Assembly (NCBI GenBank): GCA_051013385.1
Contig: CP143273.1
Coordinates: forward strand, 832,001-896,000
Length of the DNA stretch: 64,000 nt
Direction of reading: 5' to 3'
Source of the DNA: Phormidium sp.
GTDB taxonomy: Bacteria > Cyanobacteriota > Cyanobacteriia > Cyanobacteriales > Aerosakkonemataceae
The translations under genes and the position numbers were made by a program. This document shows, in pieces, positions 20,567 to 30,209 of this stretch. Position 1 is the first letter of the stretch. Every line of letters starts with the position of its first letter. The notes below the pieces were generated by a model that worked only from the letters and a program-made list of their open reading frames with translations, ran no database searches and was not told the origin of the DNA.

Positions 20567-21772
20567 TTAGATTTTTTGATCGAGGCGAGAGGCTTGTTCT
20601 AAAGCCGCTTTTTCCTTAGCTCGATGAACATAGCGTTGTAATTTGGTTGTATCCCAACCTGTAAGGATGGACAAATTTTGCAAATCTATTCCTCTGATTA
20701 GCATATCCACACACCAGGTTTGTTGAGCTTGCTCAATGTTGGGAGGTTGTCCTTCTGGGGTGAGTAAATCTGCTGTTAATGCTTGCCACTTCTTTTGTAA
20801 CTCTATTTCCGAGAGTGGATCGCCGTTTTCATTAAGAAACAAGGCTGATTGGCGATCTTTGCGACTTTTTAACCACTGGGTTAGGGGATTTCGCTGATAG
20901 GAACCGTAGCGCTTCCCCATAATCCATTGATTGAGGGGAACTTGGCGAATATGTTCTTGTGTGATTTGTAAAAGTTGTTGGTGAGTTTCTTTGATGTAGT
21001 GCGATCGCTCTAACCTTACCACTTCGGTTGCACTCAATCCCGCCCCAAACAAAACATACATTAACGCATAATCTTGCAACCCAACTTTCTTGGCACGTTG
21101 CAGAATTGAATGCACCAAAGCAGCAGGTAAATCACTCACTTTCTCAACAGAAACTATGGGCGATAGAGGTGCTTGTGAAACTGCGCCATGTAAAAACAAT
21201 GTGACTAAATTCTCTAAAAAATCCTCCCGATTTTGCCAAAGTTCATGGAACTCGCTAGTAAACTCAATTACCGCATATCCTAACAACATTCCATTGAGCA
21301 AACTTGCCAATTTTTCTGCTGGTAAATGCGTCTGCAATTGTCCAGTTTTAATCACCGTAGCGAAATATTCAGCAACATAGCGATTGGCTTGCGTAAATCC
21401 TTGACCTAACGCTTCCCGATTTTGGGCGGGGTACTGTCCCGACTCCCCAACTACCGATCGCACTACCTCTGGAATTGCCTCCAGTGCTTGCAAACAAGTT
21501 GTCGCATACTCTTTGAGTGCTTGATAGATACTACTAGCCTGACTTGCCTGTTGGACTAAATTTTGACCCAAATTAGTAAATATACCAGCCTCTTCAATTA
21601 CCGCCAATAACAAACCATGTTTATTCCCAAACTGGCGGAAAATCGTTACCTCATTCACATCCGCCAATTCTGCAATCTGCTTAGTTGTAGTCTCCGTGAC
21701 ACCTTGAACAGCAAATAATTCCAGTGCTGCATGAACTAAACGCTGTCTTGTCGAAATTCGTTGAGCCGCCAT
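20567..21772 (-). CDS. TetR-family regulator fused to a degenerate tyrosine-recombinase-like domain
   Basis: TetR HTH (AALELF..GV..TTTKQIAELADVNEVTIFRQFGNK); C-terminus has DYALMYVLFGAGLS.TEVV.L...RQVPL...ALFLN..G.PLS...LTGW...QRY. Confidence 0.85.
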   Translation of the reverse strand: MAAQRISTRQRLVHAALELFAVQGVTETTTKQIAELADVNEVTIFRQFGNKHGLLLAVIEEAGIFTNLGQNLVQQASQASSIYQALKEYATTCLQALEAIPEVVRSVVGESGQYPAQNREALGQGFTQANRYVAEYFATVIKTGQLQTHLPAEKLASLLNGMLLGYAVIEFTSEFHELWQNREDFLENLVTLFLHGAVSQAPLSPIVSVEKVSDLPAALVHSILQRAKKVGLQDYALMYVLFGAGLSATEVVRLERSHYIKETHQQLLQITQEHIRQVPLNQWIMGKRYGSYQRNPLTQWLKSRKDRQSALFLNENGDPLSEIELQKKWQALTADLLTPEGQPPNIEQAQQTWCVDMLIRGIDLQNLSILTGWDTTKLQRYVHRAKEKAALEQASRLDQKI

Positions 21773-21780
21773 GAGTAAAA

Positions 21781-21844
21781 TGTAAGTATCACTTGCAAAA
21801 AATACAAATCGTTGTTAGGCTAATAACTGTAAGTATCACTTGCA
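21781..21844. promoter_or_regulatory. Twin candidate TetR operators
   Basis: Identical 17-bp imperfect palindrome TGTAAGT-ATC-ACTTGCA at 21781-21797 and 21828-21844, in the divergent TetR/desaturase intergenic region. Confidence 0.75.
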
Positions 21845-21972
21845 TTCTCTGCTCCTACTGTAACTACTTTACTTAGCAAATGTAAGTTTTAGTCAGTTTA
21901 GATGGGGTTGAGCGAACCAGTTGTGTCTTGCTTGGCACTGGTTCATTTTTGGCGTGTTAAAAAAGGAAATTT

Positions 21973-22836
21973 ATGACCTTGGATTCGATAAAAACTGCTC
22001 CAGAGAATGGGGAGTCTTTAAAATTAAGTTGGACGAGTGTGGTGTTTTTTGGTGCGGTTCATGCGATCGCTTTTTGCGCCCCCTGGTTCTTCTCTTGGTC
22101 TGCTTTAGGTGTAGCAATATTTCTCCACTGGTTATTTGGCAGCATTGGGATTTGCTTAGGGTATCACCGCCTGTTAACTCATCGCAGTTTGCAAGTGCCT
22201 AAGCCTGTAGAATATGCGATCGCTCTGATTGGCGCTCTCGCATTGCAAGGCGGGCCGATCTTTTGGGTAGCCGGACATCGCCAGCACCACCTCCACACTG
22301 AAGATGTGGAAAAAGACCCTTATTCTGCTCGTCGTGGGTTCTGGTGGAGCCACATGCTCTGGTTATTTTACCCACGTCAAGAATTTTTTGACTACGAACA
22401 CTATAAACAGTTTGCACCAGACTTAGTGCGAGATCCTTTTTATCGCTGGTTAAATAGTTATTTTCTGCTACTTCAGATACCTGTCGGGATTGTGCTATAT
22501 ATTTTGGGCGGTTGGTCATTTGTAATTTACGGAGTGTTTCTCCGCGCCGTCTTGCTCTGGCATAGCACCTGGTTAATCAACTCTGCCACCCACATGGCAG
22601 GATATCGCACATTTGAATCCGACGACAACTCAGGAAACCTGTGGTGGGCAGCCATCCTCACCTACGGCGAAGGTTGGCACAACAACCACCACGCCTACCC
22701 CAATGTCGCCAAAGCCGGATGGAAATGGTGGGAACTTGATATGACTTGGTGGGCAATTCAATTTCTACAAGTCGTAGGATTAGCCAAAAAAGTTATCCTA
22801 CCACCCCAAACCGCAACAGAACAAACCCAGCTTTAA
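21973..22836 (+). CDS. Delta-9 type fatty acid desaturase (DesC-like)
   Basis: His boxes GYHRLLTH, HRQHH and GEGWHNNHH. Confidence 0.92.
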   Translation: MTLDSIKTAPENGESLKLSWTSVVFFGAVHAIAFCAPWFFSWSALGVAIFLHWLFGSIGICLGYHRLLTHRSLQVPKPVEYAIALIGALALQGGPIFWVAGHRQHHLHTEDVEKDPYSARRGFWWSHMLWLFYPRQEFFDYEHYKQFAPDLVRDPFYRWLNSYFLLLQIPVGIVLYILGGWSFVIYGVFLRAVLLWHSTWLINSATHMAGYRTFESDDNSGNLWWAAILTYGEGWHNNHHAYPNVAKAGWKWWELDMTWWAIQFLQVVGLAKKVILPPQTATEQTQL

Positions 22837-23052
22837 GGGAGATGGGGGAATGGGGGGATGGGGAGATTAAATTAAAACTCTCTCACTCAAAACTTTCCCT
22901 GTACCCAGTCCCTCGTCTCCAGTCCCAACTCAAAACTCAACACTCATAACTTAAAACTTTTCTCCCCTCACCTCCCCACCTCTTCATTTTTAAGTTCTGT
23001 TTAACTTCAGTATTTTCTCTAGTACTGTGCTAGTCTATATAAAAGGATTATT

Positions 23053-23125
23053 TTCGGTGGTCAATCGTTTTATGTTTAAAAGCGTTTCTCCGAATCTAAG
23101 TCTCTTCAATGTTTGATTCTGGAGA
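23053..23125 (+). promoter_or_regulatory. rbp 5'-UTR conserved boxes
   Basis: TTCGGTGG (23053-60), TCTCCGAA (23087-94) and a TTCTGGAGA RBS resemble the boxes described upstream of cold-inducible cyanobacterial rbp genes. Confidence 0.55.
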
Positions 23126-23134
23126 ATCTAGGTT

Positions 23135-23467
23135 ATGTCAATTTATGTCGGCAATCTATCCTACCAAGTTACGCAGGATGATCTGACTCACGTATTTGCA
23201 GAATACGGCACAGTTAAGCGCGTTCAATTGCCTACAGACCGCGAAACAGGTCGCTTACGCGGATTTGGCTTTGTTGAAATGGAAACCGAAGCAGAAGAAA
23301 CAGCTGCGATCGAAGCCTTAGATGGAGCCGAATGGATGGGTCGTGACCTGAAAGTTAACAAAGCAAGACCTCGTGAAGAACGCGGTAATGGCGGCGGTAA
23401 CAGAAGTGGCGGCGGCGGCGGCGGTTGGGGAAACAATCGCGGTGGCGGTAATCGCCGTAGTTTCTAA
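23135..23467 (+). CDS. rbpA: RRM RNA-binding protein with Gly-rich tail (Rbp)
   Basis: SIYVGNL (RNP2), RGFGFV (RNP1) and a Gly-rich C-terminus. Confidence 0.92.
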   Translation: MSIYVGNLSYQVTQDDLTHVFAEYGTVKRVQLPTDRETGRLRGFGFVEMETEAEETAAIEALDGAEWMGRDLKVNKARPREERGNGGGNRSGGGGGGWGNNRGGGNRRSF

Positions 23468-23498
23468 GACCTACGCTGAAGATTAAAATTTTCTAATC

Positions 23499-23530
23499 TT
23501 TGAGGGTAGGTGGTTTTACCTACCCTCAAA
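23499..23530. terminator. Hairpin between rbp and rpsU
   Basis: TTTGAGGGTAGGT-GGTTTT-ACCTACCCTCAAA perfect 13-bp stem. Confidence 0.65.
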
Positions 23531-23569
23531 ATTTTGCTAGTTTGCCCAAATAGTCAAAAAGGAGATCGG

Positions 23570-23758
23570 ATGGCTCAAGTAATTATTGGTGAAAATGAAG
23601 GGATTGAGTCAGGATTACGCCGATTCAAACGCAAAGTTTCTCAAGCAGGGATTTTTCCTGATATGAAAAAGAATCGTCACTTTGAAACACCCCTGGAGAA
23701 ACGCAAGCGCAAAGCAATTGCTAACAGTAAGCAAGGAAAAAGGCGTTCCCGTCGTTAA
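23570..23758 (+). CDS. rpsU: 30S ribosomal protein S21
   Basis: [28 protein letters not shown]...[20 protein letters not shown]. Confidence 0.95.
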   Translation: MAQVIIGENEGIESGLRRFKRKVSQAGIFPDMKKNRHFETPLEKRKRKAIANSKQGKRRSRR

Positions 23759-23762
23759 TTTC

Positions 23763-24473
23763 TTAGCCTTCCCGCCAAAGGGCGATTCCGCCTAATATCC
23801 CGGAAATATTGGGAACAATTTTCACATTTGGTGGGAGTTCAAAGCTAATTTTATCGGTGTTGCCACCACCAATATAAAGGTAGTCGTAATTAAAAGCGTG
23901 TTCCAAGGAAGCGATCGCTTTTTCTAAACGACTATTCCATTTTTTCTTGCCAATTACATCTAAAGCAGCACGACCTAATTGTTGTTCGTAAGTTTCGCCT
24001 TTCCGAAAACAATGGTGTCCGAGTTCCAAATTCGGCACTAGTTTACCATCTAAAAACAAAGCGGAACCAAAACCAGTTCCTAAAGTAATTACTAGTTCTA
24101 CTCCTTGACCAGAAATTGCCCCTAAACCTTGAATATCCGCATCGTTAGCTACACGCACAGGTTTTCCCAATTTCTCACTTAAGGTAGTTCCTAAGTCAAA
24201 ATTAATCCAAGCTGAGTCAAGGTTAGCCGCCGTACCAATCACGCCTTTTCGCACAACTCCGGGAAAGCCTACAGATACGCGATCGAAGTTACCTTTACTA
24301 GGGGCTAATTCAGCGATCGCTTCAATTACCATATCAGGTTTTGCAGGTTGCGGTGTCTCCACCCGATAGCGTTCAGTCATTGGTGTACCATCCGCATTCA
24401 ACACCATCGCTTTAATGCCACTACCACCAATATCTATTGATAATGTACTAATACTTCCGTTTTGTTCGCTCAT
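23763..24473 (-). CDS. ppgK: ROK-family polyphosphate glucokinase
   Basis: IDIGGSGIK, VGFPG, NDAD, TLGTGFGSA, PNLELGH and IGGG. Confidence 0.82.
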   Translation of the reverse strand: MSEQNGSISTLSIDIGGSGIKAMVLNADGTPMTERYRVETPQPAKPDMVIEAIAELAPSKGNFDRVSVGFPGVVRKGVIGTAANLDSAWINFDLGTTLSEKLGKPVRVANDADIQGLGAISGQGVELVITLGTGFGSALFLDGKLVPNLELGHHCFRKGETYEQQLGRAALDVIGKKKWNSRLEKAIASLEHAFNYDYLYIGGGNTDKISFELPPNVKIVPNISGILGGIALWREG

Positions 24474-24510
24474 AGTCCTTAAATTACGTATTAACTCAAG
24501 TTGCTAATTA

Positions 24511-24579
24511 GTACGTTGTTGCGCTGTCAACGCTCTCATCAAAAGTGGTAATAAGAGCGAAGACAGCGCAACAACATAC
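24511..24579. repeat. REP-like inverted repeat
   Basis: GTACGTTGTTGCGCTGTCAACGCTCT ... AGAGCGAAGACAGCGCAACAACATAC. Confidence 0.65.
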
Positions 24580-24583
24580 CTAC

Positions 24584-25510
24584 TTAATTTTGCGTTGTCA
24601 ACGCTCCTGGTACACCGCTGAGAGTACGTTTGGGAGAACAGGTAATAATCATGATTAACAAAGTCAAAATGTAAGGCGAAGCATTAAACAAGTAATAATA
24701 ACCTGTCACCCCTACTGATTGTAAAGCAGGACCGATCGCCTGCGCTCCACCAAACAGCAATGCCGCATACATACACTGTATCGGATTCCAACGGGCAAAA
24801 ATCACTAAGGCAACTGCCATTAATCCTTGTCCGCTAGAAATCCTTTCTGTCCAACTACCAGGATAATAGAGAGATAAGTAAGCGCCACCAATTCCGGCGA
24901 GAAAACTTCCCGCAATAATAGCTAACATTCTCACTTTATTTACAGAAATTCCCATTGCTTTAGCAGCTTCGGGACTATCGCCAACGGCGCGAATAAATAA
25001 ACCCCAGCGAGTTGAACGGAAAAACCATTGCATTACGGGTGCGATCGCTAATCCTAAAATAAACAAAGGACTAATTTGCAAAGCTGCTTTGATTGAAGGA
25101 ATAGCGCTCCAATTTCCTAATTCTATAGCAGGTAATCGCGGTGCAACTGGTTGAATGAAAGCTTTACCAAAGAAAAAGGCAATCCCACTCCCAAAAATAA
25201 TCATCGCAATGCCTACTGCCACATCATTTACTTTAGGTTGTTGCACCAATAAAGCATGAATTAAACCGAGAAACATTCCCGCAACACCCGCCATTAAAAC
25301 ACCCAACCAAGGCGATCCAGTAAGGTAAGATGTGGCATAAGCACTCATTGCCCCTAACAGCAGAGTTCCTTCTAAACCCAGATTAATTTTGCCGCTTTTT
25401 TCCGTTAAGCATTCACCCAAACTGACAAAAAGAAAAGGTGCGCTACCACGAATTGTTCCGGCGATAATTGCTAGGGGAACTCCCCACCATCCAATAGTTT
25501 CTGTTGCCAT
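24584..25510 (-). CDS. ABC transporter permease (nucleoside/BMP type)
   Basis: LGECLTEKSGKINLGLEG; RAVGDSPEAAKAMG EAA loop. Confidence 0.9.
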   Translation of the reverse strand: MATETIGWWGVPLAIIAGTIRGSAPFLFVSLGECLTEKSGKINLGLEGTLLLGAMSAYATSYLTGSPWLGVLMAGVAGMFLGLIHALLVQQPKVNDVAVGIAMIIFGSGIAFFFGKAFIQPVAPRLPAIELGNWSAIPSIKAALQISPLFILGLAIAPVMQWFFRSTRWGLFIRAVGDSPEAAKAMGISVNKVRMLAIIAGSFLAGIGGAYLSLYYPGSWTERISSGQGLMAVALVIFARWNPIQCMYAALLFGGAQAIGPALQSVGVTGYYYLFNASPYILTLLIMIITCSPKRTLSGVPGALTTQN

Positions 25511-25678
25511 ATTCCGATTTTAGATTTTAGATTTTGGATTTTCGATTAAATTGATTTTTGATTACCCGACTCTCTCCTACATAAAGTAATAAGCTGTCAC
25601 GCCTTTAAATCACTTATTGCGATCGCAGGGGAGAATTTAAAACTTAAAACTCTCCAACTCTTCCTAATTCAAAACTCT

Positions 25679-25746
25679 GTACGGGCGGGTTTAGTACACA
25701 ATATTTGGCTCTCACAAACAATATAAAGGACAAAACCCGCCCCTAC
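25679..25746. repeat. GTAG-type REP-like inverted repeat
   Basis: GTACGGGCGGGTTT ... AAACCCGCCCCTAC. Confidence 0.7.
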
Positions 25747-25781
25747 AAACTCAAAACTTCCCCAATTCCCAGTCCCCCAAA

Positions 25782-26867
25782 TTACGCTTGAGTTGTCAGA
25801 TTTGTACTTGCTTGTTGCCGGAAACTAGGTTTAAAAAAGGGCAAGCGTCCGTAAAGTGATTCGCTGTATAAAATCACTAGAAATACAATTCCCTGAAATA
25901 CTAAAACTGTCGCATCTGGTAAGTTATGCGCCCTTTGCAAAATCCCACCACTGGCGAGTATTCCTCCGAGTAAAATTGAAACAAAAACTGCGGCAAGGGG
26001 GTTATGTCTAGCGATAAATGCGACTAAAATACCACTATAACCGTAATTAGAATTTAATGATTCATTAGCCCGACCATGCACGGCGGCGACTTCTGCCATT
26101 CCTGCTAAACCTGCACAAGAACCTGCTAAAAAACAAATCATTAATGTGAGTTTTCCTACTGGTAATCCGGCTATTTTAGCGGCTCGAATATTTCCGCCAA
26201 CGGTACGAACGGCAAAACCAAAAGTAGTCCTTTGAATTAAAAAGTAAGCGATTAAACAAGCAATAATTCCGTAAATTAAGCCGTAATGAATGCGCGTTCC
26301 GGGAAAATTTCCCAACATATTAATGTCTAAAATTGGGTAACTGGAGGGTTTATTTAAACTAGTGGGATCGCGCATTGGCCCACCAACTAATTGATTGAGA
26401 AGTGCGATCGCAATATAATTCAATAACAAGCTGCTAATTGTTTCATTAACTCCCCGGTAATAGCGTAAAGCACCCACAGCCATAATCCACAATCCACCAG
26501 CAATTATACTTGCGATCGCCATTGCTGATTGTACTGCGAAAGGGGGGAAAGTGGCGATCGCTAATCCCATTGCGACAGCTGCCAATCCCCCAATTACAAG
26601 CGCTCCTTCATTCCCAATAATTATTAAACCCAACTGAGCAGGTAAAGCCGTACACAGCGAACTTAACATCAAAGGTGCGGCTCTAATTAGTGTATTTTGA
26701 AAAGAAAACCAACTCCCAAAAGCTGCTTTATAAATTGAGCCATAAACCTCAAATGGATTGGCTCCCACAGCTGCACAAAATATCCCAAATATGAACAAAG
26801 AAAAGATTAGTGCAGCCAAAGGAATACAAATCTTTTCTAATTTTACCTGCCAATTTTGTAATAACAC
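25782..26867 (-). CDS. ABC transporter permease (nucleoside/BMP type)
   Basis: IGNEG, VNETISSLLLNY and RTVGGNIRAAKIAG. Confidence 0.9.
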   Translation of the reverse strand: MLLQNWQVKLEKICIPLAALIFSLFIFGIFCAAVGANPFEVYGSIYKAAFGSWFSFQNTLIRAAPLMLSSLCTALPAQLGLIIIGNEGALVIGGLAAVAMGLAIATFPPFAVQSAMAIASIIAGGLWIMAVGALRYYRGVNETISSLLLNYIAIALLNQLVGGPMRDPTSLNKPSSYPILDINMLGNFPGTRIHYGLIYGIIACLIAYFLIQRTTFGFAVRTVGGNIRAAKIAGLPVGKLTLMICFLAGSCAGLAGMAEVAAVHGRANESLNSNYGYSGILVAFIARHNPLAAVFVSILLGGILASGGILQRAHNLPDATVLVFQGIVFLVILYSESLYGRLPFFKPSFRQQASTNLTTQA

Positions 26868-26900
26868 GCGATCGTCCTCCTACCCAATTGGTAAATTTCT

Positions 26901-28112
26901 TTAACTGGTAATACTACCAACTACACCATCTACTAACCAATTCATTTTTTCTAATTCCACATCCTGCTGTTTATATGCTTTCCCAGATGCCAAAAGTACT
27001 TTACCAGTATTATCTTTCAATTCTCCTTTGTAGATTACCATACTGCCATCCATAAACTTAGCTTTTGCTGCTTCCGCATCTTTCTTCGCTACTTCACTAA
27101 CAGCAGGGCCATAATCAGATAATTTACAAAAACCATCTTTTAATCCACCCCTGACTAAATGAGGAACACCTCCATTCATCAAAGTTTTCCCTTCGCTAAT
27201 CATTTGAACATATTTACTATAAACGCTCGTCCAATCCCATTCTGCACCTGTAAGATAACCTTTAGGTGCTAATTTAGCCTGATTAGCATGATATCCGCAA
27301 CAAAAAATTCCCCGCTTCTCGGCAGTTTCCATGATCACTTTAGGGCTGTCTACATGGCAGGTAATAACATCTACACCTTGATCGATCATACTATTAGTAG
27401 CTTCTGCTTCTTTAACAGGTAAAGACCAGTCACCTGTGAAAATAATTTGTGTAGTAATAGTTGGTTTAATGCTCCTAGCACCTAAAGTAAAACTATTAAC
27501 ATTTCTTAGTAATTGAGGAATCGGTTTAGCAGCAATAAATCCTAATTTTCCTGTCTTAGATGTATGAGCCGCAATAATACCTGCTATGTATTGAGCCTCA
27601 TCAATATAACCAAAGTAGCTACCAATATTTTTCGGGTGTTTACCTCCTTCGTAACGTCCGCCACAGTGCAAAAATTGCACTTCGGGATATTCTTGAGCAA
27701 CTTTAATAATATGCGGATCGAAGTAACCGAATGAAGTCGGAAATAAAACGTTTACTTGATCCTGATTAATCATATTTCTCATCGTTTCTTGAACAGATGT
27801 GGTTTCTGGCACATTCGCCTCTTCCACAGTTTTTACCCCAGCTATTTTGGCAACTCCTGCTTTTCCTTCCGCGTGTGCTTGATTGTAACCAAAATCATCC
27901 TTTGGGCCAACGTAAATAAATCCCATTGATATTGGTTTAGCTGCGTTATTTGGAGATGCAGCACCCGTTGGAGTTGGTGAATTTGTGGTATTTTGTTCTG
28001 CTGTTGGTGTACATCCAGTCCATAGCTTTGAGGTTACGCCAAAGGCAGTAGTTGCTAAAATTCCTCGAATAAGTTTCCGCCGATTTAAGTACAATGAACG
28101 GTTGTTGGTCAT
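26901..28112 (-). CDS. BMP-family ABC substrate-binding lipoprotein (Tat-like signal)
   Basis: NRRKLI...WTGC lipobox; GFIYVGPKDDFGYNQAHAEG and TSFGY. Confidence 0.9.
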   Translation of the reverse strand: MTNNRSLYLNRRKLIRGILATTAFGVTSKLWTGCTPTAEQNTTNSPTPTGAASPNNAAKPISMGFIYVGPKDDFGYNQAHAEGKAGVAKIAGVKTVEEANVPETTSVQETMRNMINQDQVNVLFPTSFGYFDPHIIKVAQEYPEVQFLHCGGRYEGGKHPKNIGSYFGYIDEAQYIAGIIAAHTSKTGKLGFIAAKPIPQLLRNVNSFTLGARSIKPTITTQIIFTGDWSLPVKEAEATNSMIDQGVDVITCHVDSPKVIMETAEKRGIFCCGYHANQAKLAPKGYLTGAEWDWTSVYSKYVQMISEGKTLMNGGVPHLVRGGLKDGFCKLSDYGPAVSEVAKKDAEAAKAKFMDGSMVIYKGELKDNTGKVLLASGKAYKQQDVELEKMNWLVDGVVGSITS

Positions 28113-28258
28113 GCTATTTTAGATGTTAGATTTTAGATGTTAGTTTTTGATTTCTCAAATCACTCTCAGGTAAATACTTTACCTCATTGGCTGTGCAAAT
28201 AGATTGAAGCATTGCCCAAATTAAGTAATTGTTGTTTATTATACATTTATCTATTTAG

Positions 28259-28654
28259 TTAGATTTTATTTTGATTGATACTGGCAATATAATTACGCCA
28301 ATTCCCCCAATCTGTAATTTCGCGTTGACCTTCGCAAATTACAGGTTCTCCTAAAACTCCTAAGACTTCTTCTCCATCGGATAGAAGTACTTTTCCAATG
28401 CACAAACCAGGGGGTTCTTGTAATAAGATTGTGGTAATGCTTGGTTGCGGAATTGCCCAAATTTCAAGGCCGATCGCACTTCCCCCACTACTAACTCGAA
28501 TCATGGCTGGATGGCGATCGTCAATTGACCAAAGTCTATAGTTTGGTTGGGTAAAAGCTTCTCTAACAAAAGTAGCTCCCACAGCTAAAAGATTAGGATT
28601 TAGTTCTAATCCCCGCATTAATGTACCATTAACAGCTAGAAGTATATTGTCCAT
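28259..28654 (-). CDS. Stand-alone allophanate hydrolase C-terminal (GGCT-like) domain protein
   Basis: [15 protein letters not shown]...[13 protein letters not shown]...EIW...[17 protein letters not shown]...EIT.WGNWRNY. Confidence 0.78.
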   Translation of the reverse strand: MDNILLAVNGTLMRGLELNPNLLAVGATFVREAFTQPNYRLWSIDDRHPAMIRVSSGGSAIGLEIWAIPQPSITTILLQEPPGLCIGKVLLSDGEEVLGVLGEPVICEGQREITDWGNWRNYIASINQNKI

Positions 28655-28659
28655 ATTTT

Positions 28660-29346
28660 ATGGTTTCTATTCCTGCACAACCTTATAATTATGAATTGCT
28701 GAATTTGCCGAATGTGGCGCTGGTAATTATAGATATGCAGCGCGACTTTTTGGAGCCAGGAGGCTTTGGAGCAGCTTTAGGAAATGATGTTAGCAGATTG
28801 CGATCGATTGTACCAGTCTTACAGCAATTATTAGAAACCTTCCGGCAACTAAACTTACCAATTATTTATACAATCGAAGGTCATAAATCCGACCTTTCCG
28901 ATTGTCCACCCGCAAAAATTAACCGGGGAAACTGTCAATTAAAAATCGGAGATATCGGCCCATTAGGAAGAATTCTAGTTTTGGGTGAACCCGGAAATGA
29001 TATTATTGATGAATTAGCACCATTACCGGGAGAAATAGTCATCAACAAACCGGGAAAAGGTGCTTTTTACAATACAAATTTACCGGAAAAATTGAGCGAA
29101 CAAAACATCACTCATTTAATTTTTACTGGAGTCACAACAGAAGTTTGTGTGCAAACAACTATGCGCGAAGCAAACGATCGCGGATTTGAATGTTTGTTAA
29201 TAGAAGATGCTACAGAAAGTTACTTTCCCGAATTCAAACAAGCAACCATAGAAATGATTCGCTCTCAAGGTGGCATAGTAGGCTGGACAACAAAAGCCGA
29301 AAACCTGTTACAAGCTCTGCAAAATATAAGTCTCAGCATCAAGTAA
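28660..29346 (+). CDS. trtA: Cysteine hydrolase, triuret hydrolase (TrtA)-like
   Basis: [44 protein letters not shown] and QGGIVGW are the signatures I recall for TrtA, as opposed to BiuH (DFCG/TTDVC/QGGVFG). Confidence 0.75.
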   Translation: MVSIPAQPYNYELLNLPNVALVIIDMQRDFLEPGGFGAALGNDVSRLRSIVPVLQQLLETFRQLNLPIIYTIEGHKSDLSDCPPAKINRGNCQLKIGDIGPLGRILVLGEPGNDIIDELAPLPGEIVINKPGKGAFYNTNLPEKLSEQNITHLIFTGVTTEVCVQTTMREANDRGFECLLIEDATESYFPEFKQATIEMIRSQGGIVGWTTKAENLLQALQNISLSIK

Positions 29347-29385
29347 TTCCTGCAATTTATAGCAGAAGGCAAAAGCCAAAAATAC

Positions 29386-29477
29386 CCCTTGTCCCCTTGC
29401 CCCCTTGCCCCCTTGCCCCCTTGTCCCCTTGTCCCCTTGTCCCCTTGTCCCCTTGTCCCCTTGTCCCCTTGTCCCTG
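29386..29477. repeat. STRR 8-mer (CCCTTG[T/C]C)n
   Basis: Visible tandem array. Confidence 0.9.
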
Positions 29478-29556
29478 GAGCCTTCAACTTGGCGGAATAG
29501 CCAAAGTAGTGGTAAAATTGGAGATTGTGTCGATTAAGTAAAACTTTTATCAACCC

Positions 29557-29754
29557 ATGCCAAAAGTAAAAACTCGCAGGTCTGCGGCAAAACGCTTCAG
29601 AACAACGGGAAGTGGCAAGATAGTCCGTCGTCGAGCTTTCAAAAACCACTTGTTACAGCACAAGACAACCAAGCGCAAGCGCGATTTATCCAAGCTGACA
29701 TTAGTAGACGAGCGTGACGAAGGTAACGTGCGTCTCATGCTGCCCTATTTGTAA
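29557..29754 (+). CDS. rpmI: 50S ribosomal protein L35
   Basis: [21 protein letters not shown]. Confidence 0.97.
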   Translation: MPKVKTRRSAAKRFRTTGSGKIVRRRAFKNHLLQHKTTKRKRDLSKLTLVDERDEGNVRLMLPYL

Positions 29755-29855
29755 GTTGGTCATGGTTCATGGACTCATGACCATGAACTATTAATCCAAC
29801 CGAATAGCAAATCTCATCCAAAAAATCAAGAACGAGTCACAATTAACAGCTAACC

Positions 29856-30209
29856 ATGACCAGAGTAAAACGCGGTAACGTTGCTCGCCAACGTCGCAAG
29901 AAAATTCTTAAACTAGCGAAAGGTTTTCGCGGTTCTCACTCGACATTATTCCGCACGGCTAATCAACAAGTAATGAAAGCATTGCGGAATTCCTATCGCG
30001 ATCGCAAAAAACGCAAACGTGATTTCCGTCGCCTTTGGATTGCCAGAATCAACGCTGCGACTCATCAACACGGAATCAGCTATAGTCAATTCATGGGCAA
30101 CATGAAAAAAGCCAACATTGAACTGAATCGGAAAATGTTAGCTCAACTAGCCATCCTAGATCCAGAAAGTTTCGCCAAAGTTGTAGAAGTAGCAAAACAA
30201 GCTAAATGA
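29856..30209 (+). CDS. rplT: 50S ribosomal protein L20
   Basis: [11 protein letters not shown]...AKGFRG...[14 protein letters not shown]. Confidence 0.97.
   Translation: MTRVKRGNVARQRRKKILKLAKGFRGSHSTLFRTANQQVMKALRNSYRDRKKRKRDFRRLWIARINAATHQHGISYSQFMGNMKKANIELNRKMLAQLAILDPESFAKVVEVAKQAK

Noticed and set aside
20567..21150. Integrase marking a prophage or ICE
   Set aside because: The catalytic Arg/His residues are replaced, the domain is fused to TetR, and there are no phage genes or att-like repeats nearby.
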